A stretch of DNA of 64,000 bases from assembly GCA_016207165.1 (NCBI GenBank), contig JACQQD010000003.1, positions 32,001-96,000 on the forward strand. Reading direction: 5' to 3'. Below, one piece after another: positions 9,275 to 18,702 of the stretch. The translations under genes and the position numbers were made by a program. This stretch comes from Candidatus Micrarchaeota archaeon. Lineage in GTDB: Archaea > Micrarchaeota > Micrarchaeia > Norongarragalinales > Norongarragalinaceae. The first letter of the stretch is position 1. Each line of letters starts with the position of its first letter. Under the pieces are notes generated by a model that saw nothing but the letters and a program-made list of their open reading frames with translations, made no database searches and was not told the origin of the DNA.

Positions 9275-10095
9275 ACGCCGGAAACGATGCGCAACAAGTC
9301 CCTTGTTCCCGGGGCCAAGCCGAAAATCGTGATTAGCAAAAGAACAAAGTTGCGTTCGTTGACTGCGGTTTCCTTGCGCAAGACTTCCGCGGCCACCAAG
9401 GCAAAGCCAATCTTGATGGCGAAAAAAAGCCAAGGCCCCGCCGCACCGATCAAAAAATTGCCCAGCACGTGCTGCTCCGCGTACCCGGCAAAATTCGTGC
9501 CGACAAACGTTGCCGCGCCGTCAAACACCTGGCCGAACACCATGAACGAAACCAACGCGTCGCCTGGAACCTGGCGCACGTGGTTTACAAGCCAATACAA
9601 GCCAAAAGCCAAGGCGGCCAAGCCCAAGATCATGAACCCGGAAACAAAGTCCTTGAATCCAGGCACCAACACAAAAAACGCGGCGGCGGCATACACGGTT
9701 CCGGCTTTTCCAACCCCGTCCAGCGTCTTTTGCTTGTTTTTCGTGGCCATCCACCAGACGCCGGCGGTCACCGCCAACAACAGAAAAATCAGGACGTAAA
9801 TGTAGGGCGTGACGAAGGGATACAATTCCAAGCCGCCCAGGTTCACCACGCGCGGCAAGATTTGGGCGTCCTCAAACACGCGGAAAATGCCGCCGAAGAC
9901 CACGAACGGCAAAATCGCGTAAAAGAATTTCTTGTCAATATCCACCCCGGTTTTCCGCAAGCCACGGAAAATCAGGTACACGGCGAGTAAAGCGATGATG
10001 GCGTAAACGGCCGTGTTGTAGACATTGTACGGCGCGTATTGGTCCTGGTACAGAATCGGGTTGATGAAGTATTCCTGGATGAAGTCGGAAACCAT
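9271..10095 (-). CDS. DUF63 family archaeal membrane protein
   Basis: YN.YNT..YA, R..EDA, DG.AT..G, Y.EQH, GLAPG.RD.LR. Confidence 0.88.
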   Translation of the reverse strand: MVSDFIQEYFINPILYQDQYAPYNVYNTAVYAIIALLAVYLIFRGLRKTGVDIDKKFFYAILPFVVFGGIFRVFEDAQILPRVVNLGGLELYPFVTPYIYVLIFLLLAVTAGVWWMATKNKQKTLDGVGKAGTVYAAAAFFVLVPGFKDFVSGFMILGLAALAFGLYWLVNHVRQVPGDALVSFMVFGQVFDGAATFVGTNFAGYAEQHVLGNFLIGAAGPWLFFAIKIGFALVAAEVLRKETAVNERNFVLLLITIFGLAPGTRDLLRIVSGV

Positions 10096-10138
10096 GCAAT
10101 ACGATGCCGTCGTCGTTCAAGTTGTTTAAGCTTTGCGT

Positions 10139-10858
10139 TTAATCCAGTCCCACGACCCGCCAACTTTGGTTGAACACGGCTCGGCCCTCCAAAAACCGTG
10201 CCTTCAAAGGTATTTCCGTTTTTTGCCGGCGCACCGGACAGACTTCGTTGAGCACGCAAATCCCGCACTTGGGGGTTTTTGGAAGGCACAGGTTCTGTCC
10301 GAACAAGACGAACACGTTGTTCAGATGCCGCCATTGGCCTTGGGGGTACAAGGCCTTCAGTGCGGCTTCCGTCTGTTCGGGAGTCTTCGTGCGGACCAAC
10401 CCCAGCCAATTGGCGATGCGGTGCACGTGCACGTCAACAGCAATGGCTTGTTTTTGGAAAGCGTAATTCAAAACGCAGGACGCCGTCTTCCGACCCACTC
10501 CCGGCAACGACAAAAGCGCCTCCATGGAATCCGGCACCAAGCCTCCAAAATCCCTCAACAACTGTTGCGCCAGGGCGTGGATGTAGCGGGATTTGGCTCG
10601 GTAAAACCCGATGGGCCTGATGAGTTGCTCGATGCGTTTCAACGGAGCGCGAGCCAGTTTTTCCGGCGAGTCGTAGTGCTTGAACAACTCGTTGGCCACC
10701 CGCGCCGTGGTCTCGTCCTTGGTGCGCGCCGACAACACCGTTCCCACCAAAATCCGAAACGCCGTGGGCTCCGAGCCGGAATACGCTGTGGCGTTGCCAA
10801 ACAAGCGGCGGAGGCGCTTGAAGACGAATTGGGGTTTAGGGGAATGCGGCATGAACAC
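10139..10858 (-). CDS. nth: Endonuclease III (HhH-GPD, 4Fe-4S)
   Basis: LSARTKD, LPGVGRKTA, AVDVHV.R, C-x6-C-x2-C-x5-C. Confidence 0.95.
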   Translation of the reverse strand: MFMPHSPKPQFVFKRLRRLFGNATAYSGSEPTAFRILVGTVLSARTKDETTARVANELFKHYDSPEKLARAPLKRIEQLIRPIGFYRAKSRYIHALAQQLLRDFGGLVPDSMEALLSLPGVGRKTASCVLNYAFQKQAIAVDVHVHRIANWLGLVRTKTPEQTEAALKALYPQGQWRHLNNVFVLFGQNLCLPKTPKCGICVLNEVCPVRRQKTEIPLKARFLEGRAVFNQSWRVVGLD

Positions 10859-10894
10859 CCAAACGGTTTAACAAATCTCAAGCAATAAAGAATT

Positions 10895-11917
10895 ATGCTC
10901 GCTCTGAAAGTCGAGAAAAAAAGGGCCCAAACCGCCAAGGAATGGCTGGTCCAGAAAGGCATTCTCGCCTCGGGAGTCAAAGCCCTGCGCGACGACGCAT
11001 ACGTCTATTTTGCCGTAACGAAAAAAACCGAGACGCCGTTTGACGCCTCCTTCACCCAAAAAACCTTTGAAGCCACGCCCACGGTGCCTTCGTTTAGAAA
11101 AGCCTTGGAGGACCGCCTCGGAAAAAAGCTGGCCGAAGCGGCTACAGCCAGCTTTGACACCATCGGCGAAACGGCCATCATCGAAGTGCGCGACGAACAC
11201 AAGACATGGGCCAAGAAAATTGCTTCCGCGCTCTTGGACTCCAACCCCAAAATCAAGACGGTCTTGGGCAAGGCCTCGGCCATGCAAGGCGAGTACCGCG
11301 TGCGAAAACTGGTTTGGCTGGCCGGAAAAAAGACGTTCGACGTGACGTACCGGGAAAGCGGATGCGTCATGGCCTTTGATTTGAGGAAAACGTATTTCTC
11401 GACGCGGCTGAGTTTTGAACGCGGCCGCATCGCGTCGAAAGTCAAACCCCGCGAAAACGTGCTGGCGCTTTTCGCCGGCGTGGGGCCGTTTGCCCTGGTC
11501 ATCGCCAAAAAACAGCCGGCATGCCACGTCGTGGCCATTGAACTGAATCCGTACGCCGCGAAAACAATGCAGGAAAACGTTCAGCGCAACCACGCGCAAA
11601 ACGTGACGGCGATTCAAGGCGACGTGCGAAAGGTATTGAAAGACTACGCCCAGTGGGCGGACCGCGTCACCATGCCGCTTCCGCACACGGGCCACGACTT
11701 TCTGCAGGATGCCATTTCAGCCACGAAATCCGGGGGCGTCATTCATTTCTACGGTTTCGGCGGCGAAAAGGAAGGCGTGTACAGAAACGCGCTTTCCTCC
11801 ATAAGGCGCGCCGGCCAGAAAACGAAAGTGAAATGCCGGGTCCTGGAAAAGCGCGTGGTTCGCCCCTACGCGCCCAGCGTCTACCAAGTCGTCGTGGACT
11901 TCAAAGTCACTCGTTAA
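10895..11917 (+). CDS. trm5: tRNA m1G37 methyltransferase Trm5/Met-10 family
   Basis: D.IG.IAI, YFS.RL..ER, FAGVGPF, IELNP, G.IHFY. Confidence 0.88.
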   Translation: MLALKVEKKRAQTAKEWLVQKGILASGVKALRDDAYVYFAVTKKTETPFDASFTQKTFEATPTVPSFRKALEDRLGKKLAEAATASFDTIGETAIIEVRDEHKTWAKKIASALLDSNPKIKTVLGKASAMQGEYRVRKLVWLAGKKTFDVTYRESGCVMAFDLRKTYFSTRLSFERGRIASKVKPRENVLALFAGVGPFALVIAKKQPACHVVAIELNPYAAKTMQENVQRNHAQNVTAIQGDVRKVLKDYAQWADRVTMPLPHTGHDFLQDAISATKSGGVIHFYGFGGEKEGVYRNALSSIRRAGQKTKVKCRVLEKRVVRPYAPSVYQVVVDFKVTR

Positions 11918-11945
11918 ACAAACCGAACGCTTTCGTGCAACACTC

Positions 11946-12093
11946 ACTGGTGCTTGATGAGTTGCACCAAGCCGTCAATGCGCTTGTCACACCGAATCCT
12001 CGGGGGAACCCAGGTTCCCCCTGGAGATTCGCGCCTCCTCGCCCCCTCCTACTGGTGCTTGATGAGTTGCACCAAGCCGTCAATGCGCTTGTC
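11946..12093. repeat. Exact 43-bp direct repeat (11946-11988 and 12051-12093) flanking a 62-bp spacer with a GC-rich hairpin
   Basis: ACTGGTGCTTGATGAGTTGCACCAAGCCGTCAATGCGCTTGTC occurs twice; spacer contains GGGGGAACC-CA-GGTTCCCCC. Confidence 0.95.
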
Positions 12094-12312
12094 CAGGTAC
12101 GCGTGATCCGTCTTGGAATCCAGTTCCGCACGCATGCGTTGCACGTCGGATTTAAGCGCCAGGGACTGCTGTTCCAGCGACGACAAGAGGCCCTCCAACT
12201 GTTTCGCGTCGTTGGACAACTGTTTCTGGAAGCGGTGCGTGTTCTGCAACAGCAAAATCACGACGCCCGCGGACACTGCGACGGTTAACGCCGTAAACGC
12301 GTCCAACTCCAT
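12049..12312 (-). CDS. Small N-anchored membrane coiled-coil protein
   Basis: N-terminal hydrophobic helix followed by heptad-like region; adjacent to 12314..12634. Confidence 0.7.
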   Translation of the reverse strand: MELDAFTALTVAVSAGVVILLLQNTHRFQKQLSNDAKQLEGLLSSLEQQSLALKSDVQRMRAELDSKTDHAYLDKRIDGLVQLIKHQ

Positions 12313-12313
12313 G

Positions 12314-12634
12314 CTACGTCAACCTCACGCGCACCGAAGGGTTGACTTCGCCCAGCGCCTCGGTTTTTTGGCGTAACACGGCGTTGCCCGTGGCGCGGCT
12401 CAAAAGCTTCTCGGTGTCCTGGTACGACGCCTTGGCCTGCATTGCCTTGGAAAGCTCGCCGAGGTTGGACTTAAGCGCGTCAAAGTCGTGCACCACCAAT
12501 TCGGCGCGGGAACGCATGGCCGCAAACCGCTTCTCCATGGCGTTGGCGGCCTGGTAGACGTAGACGAACAAGACGGCGCCTAAAATGCCGATGCCTCCCG
12601 CCGCGATGCCGACCAGGGTGAGGGGGTCAACCAT
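12314..12634 (-). CDS. Small N-anchored membrane coiled-coil protein
   Basis: N-terminal TM helix, then helical domain. Confidence 0.7.
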   Translation of the reverse strand: MVDPLTLVGIAAGGIGILGAVLFVYVYQAANAMEKRFAAMRSRAELVVHDFDALKSNLGELSKAMQAKASYQDTEKLLSRATGNAVLRQKTEALGEVNPSVRVRLT

Positions 12635-12657
12635 TCACAGAAAAACGGTTTCCGCGT

Positions 12658-13254
12658 TTAAATACGTTGGCGGCTCGCGGAAAGCATGTAGACGTGCCAT
12701 GGCACGGGCGGAAAGCCGATGGAAACAGGATCAAGCTTTCGGGCTTTCAACGCCTTGAGTTGGCGCACACGGACCTGGTCAGACGGCAAAACGAAAAAAG
12801 CCGCGTGTCGAAAGCCGGAATCGCTTTGCTCGACGTGTTCGACGCGTGCTCGGTCCAAAGCGGCGTCCACGCCCTGGTCCCTGAAGTCCGGGTGAACCAC
12901 CAGGGAATGCATTTGCGCCACGTGATGGACGTCGCGGCCGCGAAACATGAGTTTGGCGTGAAGGCGCCTTCGATCCGCCTCACTTAAACAAGACGTGAAA
13001 TCGGACAGGGGACCCAGCATGGCAATGCCCACCGGCTGGTTGTTGGGAGCCAAGGCGACAAAACAAGCCGTCCGGCCATGTTTTTCATGGGCCGGCGCGT
13101 CAAGCCAGGACCAATACGATTCAATCACGTCGTCGGCCGTATGGCCGGAAACCAAAAACTGTTCCGGGGGAGCGTGTCGAATCAAGTCAAGAGCTTTTTG
13201 CTGAATGCGGGCCGGCAAGTGCTCCAAGCGGCGAACTTCAAAACCCGGCTTCAT
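12658..13254 (-). CDS. GNAT-fold acetyltransferase-like orphan
   Basis: Motif A-like LVVHPDFRDQGV; PVGIA strand. Confidence 0.6.
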   Translation of the reverse strand: MKPGFEVRRLEHLPARIQQKALDLIRHAPPEQFLVSGHTADDVIESYWSWLDAPAHEKHGRTACFVALAPNNQPVGIAMLGPLSDFTSCLSEADRRRLHAKLMFRGRDVHHVAQMHSLVVHPDFRDQGVDAALDRARVEHVEQSDSGFRHAAFFVLPSDQVRVRQLKALKARKLDPVSIGFPPVPWHVYMLSASRQRI

Positions 13255-13303
13255 GGAACGACGATGATACGCTAACTGGAAATTAAACGTTTACAGAAAG
13301 AAG

Positions 13304-13422
13304 AGTGACAGCAGCAACCCGCGTTCCCACCTGAAAAGGCAGTACTGGCAGGGTCGTACGGGGGCTTTGCTTCTGTGTTCGGAAAGGGAACAGGCGTTAC
13401 CCCCCGCCTATGGCCGCTGTCG
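13304..13422 (-). rRNA. rrf: 5S rRNA (stand-alone)
   Basis: Reverse strand reads GACAGCGGCCATAG...CCCTTTCCGAACACAGAAG.AAGCCC...AGTACT...GGGAA...GCTGCTGTC with pairing termini; TATTAATA upstream, pyrimidine tract downstream. Confidence 0.95.
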
Positions 13423-13445
13423 TACCAAGGGTGCAAGAGGGGATA

Positions 13446-13874
13446 TTAATAGCTTCCTCTTCGATGGAAAGAGAACACGCGCTGGAAGTGGCGCTCCAAG
13501 CGTCGGACGACCGTCGCCGAGTCAAAGAGGCGGAACTGATTTTTTTGCCTTCTTGAAAAAACGATTCGTATGCGCGGACGGTTTTCCGAGCCCCCAAAAT
13601 CGGCGCGTTGCGCTTGGCGGCGCCGGGCCACGTATTGCTGGAAGGCGGTGTTGATCTCTTTTCGGGCCGCCGGAGAAAGCGTTTCCACGTTGGTGATTTC
13701 AACCACGAGACGCGAATCGGCGGGAGAAACCCCGGATTGCTTGGGCAGCGTGTATTCGGGGCGGACGGAAACGAAAAACCGGGGACCGATTCCGCTGACT
13801 TCAGCGGGCGCGTGGTGGCGTAGAAGAATGTCCTGGATTCGGTCAACTAGTCGCGCCGGCACAAAGCCTAACAT
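13446..13874 (-). CDS. Hypothetical Arg-rich orphan
   Basis: ORF fills the gap between 5S and the rpl1 promoter; no motif recognised. Confidence 0.5.
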   Translation of the reverse strand: MLGFVPARLVDRIQDILLRHHAPAEVSGIGPRFFVSVRPEYTLPKQSGVSPADSRLVVEITNVETLSPAARKEINTAFQQYVARRRQAQRADFGGSENRPRIRIVFSRRQKNQFRLFDSATVVRRLERHFQRVFSFHRRGSY

Positions 13875-13879
13875 AGTCC

Positions 13880-13893
13880 AAAACGCTTTTAAA
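13880..13893 (+). promoter_or_regulatory. BRE/TATA-like promoter of the rpl1-P0-P1 operon
   Basis: AAAACGCTTTTAAA; the same motif recurs upstream of other genes. Confidence 0.6.
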
Positions 13894-13971
13894 GCCGCTT
13901 GGGCACGGAGAGTACCTGCACGTTTTCCCGAAACACTATTCCGCTTTGCGGAATAGGAGGGGCAACACAAA

Positions 13972-14604
13972 ATGCATTACGACAAGAAGCACATCGGCCA
14001 GGCCGTCCAACAAGCCCTTACTGACAAGGGGGAGAAAAAATTCACTCAGAGCCTGGATTTGGCCATTTCGTTTCGAGACTTGGACCTCAAACGCCCTGAG
14101 AACCGAATCAATTTGGACGTGGTCCTGCCGTTTGCGCCCAAGAAAAAGCCGGTGGCGCTTTTCGCCGACGGCGAACTGGCGTACAACGCGAAAGACCAAG
14201 TCGACAAAGTCATTGGAAAAGCCGACATTGAATCCATTTCCAAGGACAAGAAACGCCGAAAAGAGCTCTTGGACTACCGCTTTTTGTCGGACCCCAAGCT
14301 CATGGCCGACGTCGGCAAAAACCTGGGCCAGACCCTCGCGCCGAGGGGCTTGTTGCCCAAACCCCTGCCGCCGGGCGCCAACCTCCGGGATGCCGTGGAC
14401 CGCATCCGCCGCTCCGTCTCGCTGAAAACCAAGAACTTGCCGGTCGTGCACTGCATCATCGGCAACGAGCGGATGCCCCCCGATGAAATTACGGAGAACG
14501 TGCAGGCCGTCATGGAAGCCGTGCTCAAGATTGTCCCGGAACACCAAGTCGCCAGCGTCTTTGTGAAAAGCACGATGGGCAAACCCGTGAAAGTGGGCGG
14601 ATGA
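13972..14604 (+). CDS. rpl1: 50S ribosomal protein L1 (uL1)
   Basis: KFTQSLDL.I..RDLD, LG..L.PRG..PKP, VKSTMG. Confidence 0.97.
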   Translation: MHYDKKHIGQAVQQALTDKGEKKFTQSLDLAISFRDLDLKRPENRINLDVVLPFAPKKKPVALFADGELAYNAKDQVDKVIGKADIESISKDKKRRKELLDYRFLSDPKLMADVGKNLGQTLAPRGLLPKPLPPGANLRDAVDRIRRSVSLKTKNLPVVHCIIGNERMPPDEITENVQAVMEAVLKIVPEHQVASVFVKSTMGKPVKVGG

Positions 14605-14608
14605 AATC

Positions 14609-15445
14609 ATGTTTTTGACCAGGGATGCCAAAAAGGGAATCGTCGCCACGCTTCAAAGCAAGATTGAAAAATATCCCGTGGTCGCCGTGGCTTCGCTCAA
14701 AGGCCTGCCGGCCAAGCAATACGGGTCCATCCGCAAGAAGACGCGCGAAAAAGCCCACATCGCGTTTGCACGACTGACCTTGATGAAGCGCGCCCTGGAG
14801 CAAAGCAAGCGCAAAGACGAGCTCAGGGACATTGACGCCGCGTTGGGCGACGGATCGGTGCTGGTGTTTTCCGAATTGGATGCCTTCACGTTGTACAAGC
14901 TTTTCAAGCAGAACAAGTCCAAGACCGCGGCGAAAGCCGGAGCCATTGCGCCCATCGACTTGGTCGTGCCCGCCGGAGAGACGAATCTTGCTCCGGGTCC
15001 GGTGCTCACCGAATTAAAGCAAGCCGGCATCCAAGCCAAAATCCAGGGCCCAAAAGTCGTGATTACCAAGGACGTCGTGGTCGCCAAGAAAGGCGAGCCC
15101 GTGTCCGACTCCGCCGCCATGGTCCTGTCCAAGTTGGGCATCGAACCCATGGAAGTGGGCCTGCAAGTCGAGAAAGTCTTTGACCACGGCACCCTGTACG
15201 CCGGCTCCGTCTTGGAAATCGACGAAGAGGCGGTAGTCCAGAGCCTGGTTTTGGCCCACCAGCAGGCCGTGAACTTGCTGGTGGAAGCGGAAATCTACAA
15301 CGACGTCTCGGCTCCCTTGATTTTGCTGAAAGCCCAGCGCGAGGCGTTGGCCATCCAAAAACTCGTCGAATCCAAGGCTCCGGCAAAAACCAAGGCCGAG
15401 GAAAAACCCGCCGAAGCGGCTTCCGCTTCGGAAGAGAAAAAATGA
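14609..15445 (+). CDS. rpl10: Ribosomal protein L10/P0 (uL10)
   Basis: AKAG..AP.D..VPAG.T...PGP, L.KLGIEP. Confidence 0.96.
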   Translation: MFLTRDAKKGIVATLQSKIEKYPVVAVASLKGLPAKQYGSIRKKTREKAHIAFARLTLMKRALEQSKRKDELRDIDAALGDGSVLVFSELDAFTLYKLFKQNKSKTAAKAGAIAPIDLVVPAGETNLAPGPVLTELKQAGIQAKIQGPKVVITKDVVVAKKGEPVSDSAAMVLSKLGIEPMEVGLQVEKVFDHGTLYAGSVLEIDEEAVVQSLVLAHQQAVNLLVEAEIYNDVSAPLILLKAQREALAIQKLVESKAPAKTKAEEKPAEAASASEEKK

Positions 15446-15457
15446 AGGTGAATGATC

Positions 15458-15754
15458 ATGAAAGACGTATACGCCGCTCTGTTGCTGCACAAAGCCGGGC
15501 AACCCATCAACGAAGAAAACGTGAACAAAGTGTTGATGGCCGCCGGCGTGCAGGAAGACGCAACCAAGATTAAGGCGTTGTGCGTGGCCCTGGACGGCGT
15601 CAACATTGACGACGCCGTTTCGAAGGCCGCGGTCGTTGCCGCCGCTCCAAGCGTTGGAGCCGCGGGCGCCGCCGCTGAAGAAAAGAAGGAAGAGGAAAGC
15701 GCGGAGAAAAAGGAAGAGGAAGCCGCCGCCGGCTTGGCGTCGCTCTTCGGCTAA
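15458..15754 (+). CDS. rpl12: Ribosomal stalk protein P1/L12
   Basis: YAALLLH, acidic hinge, C-terminal GLASLFG. Confidence 0.97.
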   Translation: MKDVYAALLLHKAGQPINEENVNKVLMAAGVQEDATKIKALCVALDGVNIDDAVSKAAVVAAAPSVGAAGAAAEEKKEEESAEKKEEEAAAGLASLFG

Positions 15755-15770
15755 ACGTTCTCCCCGTTAC

Positions 15771-15787
15771 CTTTTTTTTTCTTTTTT
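15771..15787 (+). terminator. Oligo-T terminator after the ribosomal operon
   Basis: CTTTTTTTTTCTTTTTT just downstream of the rpl12 stop. Confidence 0.6.
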
Positions 15788-15838
15788 CGCACAACCCGGT
15801 CCACAGGCTAGCTATAGCGCAAGCCGCACTCTTTTTTT

Positions 15839-16393
15839 TTAATCCGAGGAAGCGTACGACTTCAGCCACGTCAAGACTTGCGTCCGGGCGAATTGTTCCG
15901 ATGCTTGCCACGCTTCGCGCTTGGGGGCCGAAAGTGCCTCATGGCCTCCCACGGGAAAATGCTTGACGGAACCAAAGAAGTCCTTGAGAAACAAGCGGAG
16001 TTGCCGGTAGTCCTCAGGACTCAATGGCACGACGGCGTGCTTTGTTGAAAGCGTGTCACCAAAAACCCCGGCAACCCCGGGCTTGGCAACGAGCTTTCTT
16101 TCCGTGTAATGGGACTTGGGCTGAACGTGAGACCCCAGAATCCACGACGTGGAATTCCATTCAAAGGGATGCAAGGTGAGTTGGACGTGCACTTGCGGGT
16201 TTCGGGCGTGGGCTTGGCATGCAAAGTGGGCGACAAAACGTCCACCGGAACCCAGGCGGCCTTGAAACGTCCAATTCACCACGCGGTCGTCGTCGCCTTT
16301 CGTGTCAAAAAGAGAAGCCGTGTTGCCGTGAAAGACTTCCGCGTTTCCCGGAGTCTCTATCTTCCGCAGTTCACGGAGGAACTCGGAAAGCAT
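15839..16393 (-). CDS. Hypothetical orphan
   Basis: 184-aa ORF filling the gap, co-oriented with neighbours. Confidence 0.55.
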   Translation of the reverse strand: MLSEFLRELRKIETPGNAEVFHGNTASLFDTKGDDDRVVNWTFQGRLGSGGRFVAHFACQAHARNPQVHVQLTLHPFEWNSTSWILGSHVQPKSHYTERKLVAKPGVAGVFGDTLSTKHAVVPLSPEDYRQLRLFLKDFFGSVKHFPVGGHEALSAPKREAWQASEQFARTQVLTWLKSYASSD

Positions 16394-16408
16394 ATCCGGC
16401 TTCGCGCC

Positions 16409-16828
16409 TCAACCGGCTTGTTGGTTGGTGGCCGACGGGCTCTGCAAATGGGGTTGGAAGACTTTGATGGGCGCGGAAATGTTGATGGCGTAACCCAACA
16501 GGGTGCCGACCGAGGACGCCGTGTACTCCAAGGAGCCCAGCAACCGTTCGGCCACGTCCTTGGGCAAGGCTTTCTGTTTTTTGAAGTGGTCCACCACGTT
16601 TTTGCGCTCGGCTTTGGGCCCTTCCAGCCACGCCTCGCCGATGACTTTCATTTCCGCCACATCCTTGGCGTAGTGGATGGTGTACTCGTAATCCACCACA
16701 ACGTCCTCGCCACGCTCGGATACATCCAAGACGTCGATGTTGACGTTGAGGCCCTCGAACTTGGCGTCGGTTTTCATGCGTTTGGCGGCGACCGAGACGA
16801 TGCGGCCCCCGCGAACTTTAACGGCCAT
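16409..16828 (-). CDS. Conserved archaeal protein, possibly SecB-like fold
   Basis: Beta-rich N-terminal half (NVNIDVLDV, YEYTIHY, MKVIGE) then helix ending in INISAPI. Confidence 0.5.
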   Translation of the reverse strand: MAVKVRGGRIVSVAAKRMKTDAKFEGLNVNIDVLDVSERGEDVVVDYEYTIHYAKDVAEMKVIGEAWLEGPKAERKNVVDHFKKQKALPKDVAERLLGSLEYTASSVGTLLGYAINISAPIKVFQPHLQSPSATNQQAG

Positions 16829-16847
16829 AATACAAAGACACCTCGGG

Positions 16848-17522
16848 TTAGATTTCCAGGCTTTCTCCAGGCTGCATGACGTGAGGCAACGTCTTGGTTT
16901 GCTTCACGCGGCTTGCAAAATCCTTGGCGTCCGCCTGGATGTTGTCAAACGTATTGTAGTGCATGGGCACCACGTGTTTTAAACGCATGCGCTTGACGGC
17001 CGTGATGGCCGCCAAGACGTCCATGGTGTACGTGCCCCCAATGGGAACGAGGCCCACGTCGGCGGACACGCGGGACAAGTCGAAAAAGTCGTAGGTATCT
17101 CCCGAGTGGTACACGGACTGGCCTCCAACGGTGACGATGTAACCCACGGCATGCACGCTTTGAGGATGCTTAGCCGCCACCACCTGCACGTCCATGCCTT
17201 GAATGGTGAACCGCTCGCCTTCGGAGACGGCCATCTTCAGCCGCTCCGGCACGTTCAACCCCTCCAACGTCTCCAGGGGAGCGATGATCTGACACATGTT
17301 GCGCGTGACGACTTGCTCCAACGTCGCGGGGTCGCGGTGGTCGAAGTGCTCATGCGAGACGAAGACGGCGTCCACATCGCGGAACTGGGAGGCCGACGCG
17401 GCCGGCGGCACGCGCCGCGGCGTCTTGGAGTTGGAGTCCTTGGACAGCCAAGGGTCAAACAACACGTGCTTGCCGCCGATTCTTACGGAAAAGCCGGAAT
17501 GCCCCAAGTACAACAGTTCCAT
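16848..17522 (-). CDS. Metallo-beta-lactamase-fold hydrolase (UPF0173-like)
   Basis: LGHS, DPW, SHEHFDH, YHSGDT, PIGG.YTM, PMHYNTF. Confidence 0.9.
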   Translation of the reverse strand: MELLYLGHSGFSVRIGGKHVLFDPWLSKDSNSKTPRRVPPAASASQFRDVDAVFVSHEHFDHRDPATLEQVVTRNMCQIIAPLETLEGLNVPERLKMAVSEGERFTIQGMDVQVVAAKHPQSVHAVGYIVTVGGQSVYHSGDTYDFFDLSRVSADVGLVPIGGTYTMDVLAAITAVKRMRLKHVVPMHYNTFDNIQADAKDFASRVKQTKTLPHVMQPGESLEI

Positions 17523-17575
17523 CAACGGAAAATGAAAGGGTCGGCTTTTATAGATTCGGTTCATTTAAGCCGATT

Positions 17576-18403
17576 ATGCGCTTTGGTCCAGCAGGCGTAC
17601 CCATTCGATCCAATCAACGGTCCAGTTTGGCGGGGGTGCAAGTCACCGCGGACTTGGGTTTGGACGCCATGGAACTGGAGTTCGTGCATGGCTGCCGCAT
17701 GAACGACGAATCCGCGAAAGCCGTGGGCGCCATGGCCAAGGAAAAAGGCGTTTCGTTGTCTTGCCACGCCTCCTATTACCTGAACCTGTTGTCTCCCGAA
17801 AAAAACAAACTTGAAAAAACCCTGCACGAACTCACGCGGACCGCCGAAGTCTTGGCCCTGGCCGGCGGAAAACGCATCGTGTTTCATTCGGGATTCTACT
17901 TGGGCATGAACCCCGCCAAAGCGTATGCGGCCATGAAGAAACAGTACGAGGCCCTTGCCAAAACCATTTCAAAAAACGATTGGAACGCGGTTTTGGCCCC
18001 GGAAGTGACTGGAAAAAAAAGCCAGTTTGGCTCCTTGGAAGAAGTATACGGTTTGGCGGCCGACATCGGCTACGACAAAATCCAGCCTTGCATCGACTGG
18101 GGGCACGTTCACGCCCGCGACAACGGCGCCTTGAATCAACCCGAAGAGTTCGAAAAAGTGCTGGAAACCGTGGAAAAATTCGTCGGCAAAGAGGGACTCA
18201 AGACCCTGCACTGCCACATCGAGGGCATCCGGTTCACGGAGAAAGGCGAGAGAAACCATTTGCGCATCACGGAGGGCCCCCCGGACTACAAGCAAATCAT
18301 CCGGGCACTCAAAACGTTCAAGTGCGATGGCACCTTGATTTGCGAGAGCCCGGCCATGGAAGACGATGCCTTACTCCTCCAAAAAGCGTGGAAAACGGCC
18401 TAA
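17576..18403 (+). CDS. nfo: Endonuclease IV (AP endonuclease)
   Basis: RFGPAG.P, H..YY.NL, VFH.G, PE.TGK..QFG, D.GH..AR, GE..H, ICESP. Confidence 0.92.
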   Translation: MRFGPAGVPIRSNQRSSLAGVQVTADLGLDAMELEFVHGCRMNDESAKAVGAMAKEKGVSLSCHASYYLNLLSPEKNKLEKTLHELTRTAEVLALAGGKRIVFHSGFYLGMNPAKAYAAMKKQYEALAKTISKNDWNAVLAPEVTGKKSQFGSLEEVYGLAADIGYDKIQPCIDWGHVHARDNGALNQPEEFEKVLETVEKFVGKEGLKTLHCHIEGIRFTEKGERNHLRITEGPPDYKQIIRALKTFKCDGTLICESPAMEDDALLLQKAWKTA

Positions 18404-18702
18404 AAGGGGATTGGGTCCGCCAGCAAGACCTCGTGACGCAGGTGCGGGCGCACGCCGTCAAGGATTCGTTGATACTGTTCGCGCAAACCATTCGGCGGAA
18501 GCCTTGCGGAAAGCACCACGGCGTGCGGCCCGCCGGCAAACACGCGCACCAGGGGCGCGCCATGCACCCAAGGCACCAGAACAGATTCAAACCGTTTCTT
18601 CCATGCTTTAACCTGGGAAAAAGACAGCAAGGACTTCTCGTCGGGATTTTCTCCCGTGCGCGCGGGAACCGTCAAGTTCACGCGGGCAAACGGTTCAGCC
18701 AA
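18400..18702 (-). CDS. Hypothetical orphan (TTG start)
   Basis: 100-aa ORF overlapping the end of the upstream ORF. Confidence 0.4.
   Translation of the reverse strand: MAEPFARVNLTVPARTGENPDEKSLLSFSQVKAWKKRFESVLVPWVHGAPLVRVFAGGPHAVVLSARLPPNGLREQYQRILDGVRPHLRHEVLLADPIPF

Noticed and set aside
11946-12093. CRISPR mini-array or DGR template/variable repeat pair
   Set aside because: Only two copies, the repeat is coding sequence, the copies are identical (no adenine-specific mismatches), and no cas or reverse transcriptase gene is in the window
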